This document shows, in pieces, positions 59,040 to 64,000 of a DNA stretch of 64,000 nucleotides. Origin of the DNA: Thalia democratica (Eukaryota). The notes under the pieces were generated by a model, which ran no database searches, was not told the DNA's origin, and worked only from the letters and a program-made list of their open reading frames with translations. Location: NCBI GenBank assembly GCA_965202585.1, contig OZ241826.1, positions 248,001-312,000 on the forward strand, written 5' to 3'. How positions within the stretch are numbered: the first letter of the stretch is position 1; each line of letters begins with the position of its first letter. Position numbers and translations under genes: made by a program.

Positions 59040-62039
59040 TGTGACGAAATTGTAATATGACGTCACAAAAACCAAGAGTTCCAATAAAAAGCTGCAAAAC
59101 TTACGAGCTAAAAAGTTAAAAAATTTTAATTAAAAATTTATATTCGTTAAATATTATTGTAAATTTTTTAAGGGAAAGCTTTTAGGTATTAATTACAAAA
59201 ATAATTCTTTATAAAGTTGTTTAGCTTTTGCTTTTGTAATTTATTATGCAAACTTACTATTTTAAACATTATTCAGTATACTAATCTAATACTAACAGTT
59301 TAAAACACTTAAAAAAATTGACTTTGATTAGTTTATTCGATAACCTATTACAGTACACTATATACTAATGTAAATAAAGTTGAATTTAAAAATTTTATTT
59401 AGGATAGTTTGTATACAAAAATAGTAAGTTAATTACGGAAACTAAATTTGGATTATTTGAAGTCAAAAAAAAAAACAGCTTTTTTTTTTTTCTAAAAAGT
59501 AATTGGTTCTTAACTACTATCTATAAATACCATTGATTAGATTAGAGAAATTATATACTTCAGTTGGTCAATGATTCATCTATTATAAAGAAAATCTTTA
59601 ACAAAGGTAATTTAAAACGTTTTTAGTAATGTTTATCTTCAAATTATCAGTATAAAATGCATGACTGATCAGCTAATCTTTAAATTAATTGGGCAATAAA
59701 TTAACTTTTCAACGATTAACTAATTGCTTCATCGAAATATAAACATAAATTATAAGTAGAATTATTTCTTAACTGCAGATCAAAAAAAAATAAGATAAAG
59801 ATATATTTTGCTGATAAATAGATTATATCTATAGTCTGTTACCTAAAGTGTTGAAACACAACTACAAAAAATACTGCCATTAATGTGTTTAAGTATGTAT
59901 AAGTTTTTCCTTTTTTTTCCATAAAAACTTGAAAACACTGAAAAAGTATGATTAGTTGCTAATTGCTTTTCAAGAAACAAAAGAGCAGTTGAAATTAAAA
60001 ACAAAAGAAACCAACATACTGACAAAGTGCACCGCGTATCAGGAAATCAAAATAAAAGTGTAAAACCACAAATTAAATACAACAAAACGCCTGTTAATTA
60101 CGTTGGGTTGGGATTAAAAGATGAAATATAATCTTTGCCTCAATTAAAATAATTCCCCACCACATTATTTGATCAGGTGGACCACATAAATTAAATTATT
60201 TTTTATCAAACCACAAACATTAAATTATTTTATCGTCTATTAACAATAGGCGCAGTCGATAATTGAGTAAACATTCGAGCTAGTGAACGAAGTTTTTATG
60301 TGTTTAAACAGTTTTCAAGCTAAAAACTCAAGTTTTGAAGTATGAAATTTTTGTTGGCCAGTTAAACTTGTTGCTTATAATTAAAATTATCTTTAAAAAG
60401 TTTTTTGCACAAAAGTGTTTAATACAACAGTTGTGTTTTTGTTTTGATTTTTTTGTACTGTCATAATTACAGTCATGTACTATTTTATAAAAACACCGGG
60501 TATATTTTTTCTGTTTAAATAACCTTATTTCACTGTAAAAAGTTTTTTATAAACGAAATATTCAACCGTCTGTCCATCAAACAAATAAACAATGTTGATG
60601 TTTCCTGTTTATAATAAACACACCCTCACAAGCAACATAACTCGGAACACACCTAACTAAAACTAAAAATTTTCAAAGTAAAATGCAGCTGTCTACAAAA
60701 AATTTTTAATACTTGTTAACAACAGCAACTGTTCTGAGAAAGTTTAAGTTGTTGATGGAAAGTTCATAGATAAAATGATTAAAAAAATCTTTCGTTGCCT
60801 TTAATTGAAGATATTGTTTGTTATCAAATTTGTGATAAAAACTAATTTTAAGCAAACAATCTTATTGTAAATTCACTTACAACAAATTGTAGAGAATTTA
60901 AAATGCTTTAAAATAGTTGTAAAGTTATTCGTTGATTTATATGAAAATTGTGCATTACAATTTGTACTAAAATTAAATTAAAACACATATGATAGGTTAG
61001 TATTAATAATCTTGAGTTAAAAGTTTGTTTTAAAATTATACTTAAAAATAATTTAAGCTTATTATTTCTTTTTTAATTTTTCTAAACTCTTTATTTTTAA
61101 TGAACAACAAAAAGATTAAAAAAAAAATATAAAAATTATGTTCTATAAAACAGGATGTAAAAAAAAAACTATGTTTGGAGATTTATCTTAGTGTAATTTC
61201 TATAAGAAAAAAAAAAGGATGGTGTTATTAACACAAAACATAACTAGTTATTTTCTCATATAAACAATAAATAACACACTGAAGAAACTTATACACATAT
61301 TGTGTTTAATGATAGTTTAAGCTTTGAGAAAAATTGATAAAAAAGGAGACTGAAAAATAAACTTTGTACAAAGTTTACAAACAAAAAATATCTTCTTTTG
61401 ATATAAATGAAAACCTTCTTGTACCCGTTGAAAGATATAGCACTTTCAACAGTATAATAAAAGCACAAACAAAGTTTAAATGAAAAGCTATAGTTAGTCC
61501 TAAGTGTTCTTTAAAACACTATTAACAAAACGAATAATCAAAACTTATCGAAACTAAACAATTACTATTGACTTCTATCAGCAGTTTTCTAATCGGTGTT
61601 TTAAAATAATTTTTTTTTACAGAATTTTCTTTTAAACATTATGATAGTAAAACATTAAGAAAAACAAACATTTACTGTTATGGGCTAATATAAAAAAAGT
61701 TTCCCATTCTTTTGTATTACATAGTAAAAAGGTATCAATGATAAATGTATTTTCAAAACATAACAATACCTATCTACCGAGAGCGAAAATAATGTAAAAT
61801 AATTCAACAGTATTACAACAAACTTAAACTTTAAAGACGAAAAACCTTTCGGTTCACTAATGCTTTGTGCATAAAGCAAAAAGAAAAAAAAAAAACTTTA
61901 AATTCAATCCAAAACTGACTCGCAAAACAGTATGCATAAAGAAGTAAAACAAAAAAGTACTTTAAAAACGTCTTGAAAAAATACGCTGAATTTTTTTTTG
62001 TAAATCACAACTGAACTATAAGTAAACAAAAAACTTAGA

Positions 62040-62640
62040 ACCACTCGCAAACTTTTAATTTTCAGCAGTCCACTTAGCAAGTTGCAATCAATCAGCCCCC
62101 CAACAACCACGCCCAACGAGTTGCTTCAGAGACACCATGTCTGCAGCACTTGCAATCACGAGTTTTAAACTTTTGACCCTGAGAGCAAATATCACATAGT
62201 CGCGACTTCACAAGCTGCGACATTGAAGCGAATAAGTTGCACAAGTTTCAACTGAAAACTTGTATGTCCGCTTTGCTACGAAAAAAATCTGCCTTTTTCT
62301 CATGAAAAATATTCGGAAAAACACAAAAAAAGTTGACGAAAAATAACGCTTTCAAGTTGGCTAAACTGGAAAAAAAGTTTCACTGGTTCGTGCAACTTTT
62401 CGAGTTTGAAAATTTTGATGGAAATAATGCAAATAAATGTTTCCGTCTCTCCGTCCTGAGTTGCGTTGGAACAAAATCGAGTGCCGACAAACAAATTAGC
62501 TTTTCTCGGTCGAAGAGCAGCGCAAGTAGAGAAACGAGAAAAAAGCGGTTCACAAGGAAACACGAAGGGAAGAGAAACGAAAAAGGACCTGAGTTGTGAT
62601 TTGTAAATAGGAAACCGGAGATTGTTGCGTCATAATGGTA
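62040..62640. promoter_or_regulatory. Candidate promoter / 5' regulatory island upstream of the gene
   Basis: Locally GC- and CpG-enriched non-coding block ~3 kb upstream of the ATG, with CCACGCCC (GC-box-like), TTGCAATCA and TTGCGTCAT motifs. Confidence 0.3.
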
Positions 62641-64000
62641 GTTTGCAAGTATTAAATAAAAAAATTGTTGATTGCTTATTTTATATTAGAACATAGTAAT
62701 TATACTAAACGAGTAATTGTGCTCAAAATACAAAGATACTAGAAAGCGTATACTTTTGTTAGCTACAATATTGTTTGGAAATTTTGATTGCAAATCTAAT
62801 GTCAATATTTTTACTTGTTTAAGATCGCTGCTTCTCGATTAGAAACGTTTTAACTTGAAAAAAGAAACTTTTGTTTACAAACACTTAACGGAAAACCAAC
62901 TAGATTTCAAACAATCGCTAGTTAGTCGTACAAAAAGCACACATGCAAGGCTAATTGAAATAAACTTCAGAAATTAAACAAAACCTTGAATTTTCTTTAT
63001 AATTTAAAAATTGACCTTATAAAACATCGGAAACACAGCAAATGTAATCCTAAAACAAACTTTACACGAAATATAAATCAAAAATAAACAGCCTGATAAC
63101 AACGACATCAAACACGTCTAGTTATACAAAGTTGTAACTTGATTAAAATATATCTGAGGCTTTAAAAACAACTTTTGCAACTTTAAACCTTAAAACTTTT
63201 TTGTAAAGAAATATTCTTTTAAAGATTTATAACAAAACTAAAGATTTAGTTTAAAAATAAAAAAATATAAAAAAATATAAAGTTTTTTTTTAATAAAACG
63301 TAACATTTGTAACTAAGCTCAAGTAGTTAACAAACAAGTTAATGCAAACTGCAGCTAAGAAGGCAACATTTACTAGCCCCGAGGTAAACTGTAAAAAGAC
63401 AAATAAAATGTTACGCGCATTAGTGATAAGTTAAAACATCAGGGAAAAAGAACCATCGAAGTGTAAATACTAATAAGTTGGTATAAACGTTAAAAATTAG
63501 CTTTTAAAAGATTTAAAAAATATTATTAAGGTTGTCAGTTGCAACCTAGGGTTAAATATTTGAATAAAATGCAAGTTATAACTACTCAAAAGAACTATTT
63601 ATCAGAATTAGTACAATAAAAATATTATCAAACTTGTTGATATACTGTATATGGAAAAAAATTAAAAAACATTTGTGCTTTTTAAATTTTTTTTTGCTTG
63701 AAGAAACCAACTTGTAATTTAAAGTTTTAAATTCTTTTTAAAGCTTTTAAGTTGACAATTAAAAAAAAAAAAACGAATTCTTGGACCTTTTATCCTGAAA
63801 AAGTGGGTACAACAAACAATGACTCACTATGACGTAACAAAAGAGTTGCGTGACGTCACAAAAGAATTTGAAACTCTTCAATTCTTTTGTGCTAAATCTT
63901 GCCTCGAAAACAAATAAAATGACACCCCAAGTTTGATTGAAAAACCGTTTTAAAAAGATTTATAAAAAAAACTTATTTGTTGTTTATATTGCAAAACATT

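Noticed and set aside
62300-62599. 87-88 aa ORFs on both strands upstream of the gene
   Set aside because: No domain-like content or splice support; better explained as a GC-enriched regulatory block.

Overview
AT-rich animal genomic DNA (introns roughly 25% GC by eye; a tunicate-like invertebrate is my guess, not verifiable here). The window holds one complete, highly fragmented gene on the minus strand, from ATG at 59039 to TGA at 6899. I assembled 48 coding exons by hand. All 47 introns are GT-AG, all phases match, and the CDS sums to 6927 nt (2308 aa plus stop; 2320 aa with an alternative exon-2 acceptor). Predicted secreted protein: signal peptide, Tyr/Asp/Gly-rich acidic region (29 Tyr), DGSGSGDD candidate glycosaminoglycan site, 2 SEA-like domains, acidic/Pro linker, 2 six-Cys CCP/sushi modules, 34 tandem ~45-aa four-Cys thrombospondin type-1 (TSR)-like modules, linker, and a C-terminal vWA domain. 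I do not recognise it as a named gene. Most notable: (i) reduced TSR modules lacking one disulfide pair and the O-fucosylation motif; (ii) exon-bounded sequence homogenisation between TSR exons; (iii) repeated tandem duplication of splice junctions, including a 17-copy minisatellite built from a 3' splice site; (iv) strong enrichment of TGACGTCA beside splice sites of GC-rich exons; (v) a majority of GTT-type donors. Positions 1-6800 and 59100-64000 show no supportable coding sequence. All counts are manual and no database searches were run.
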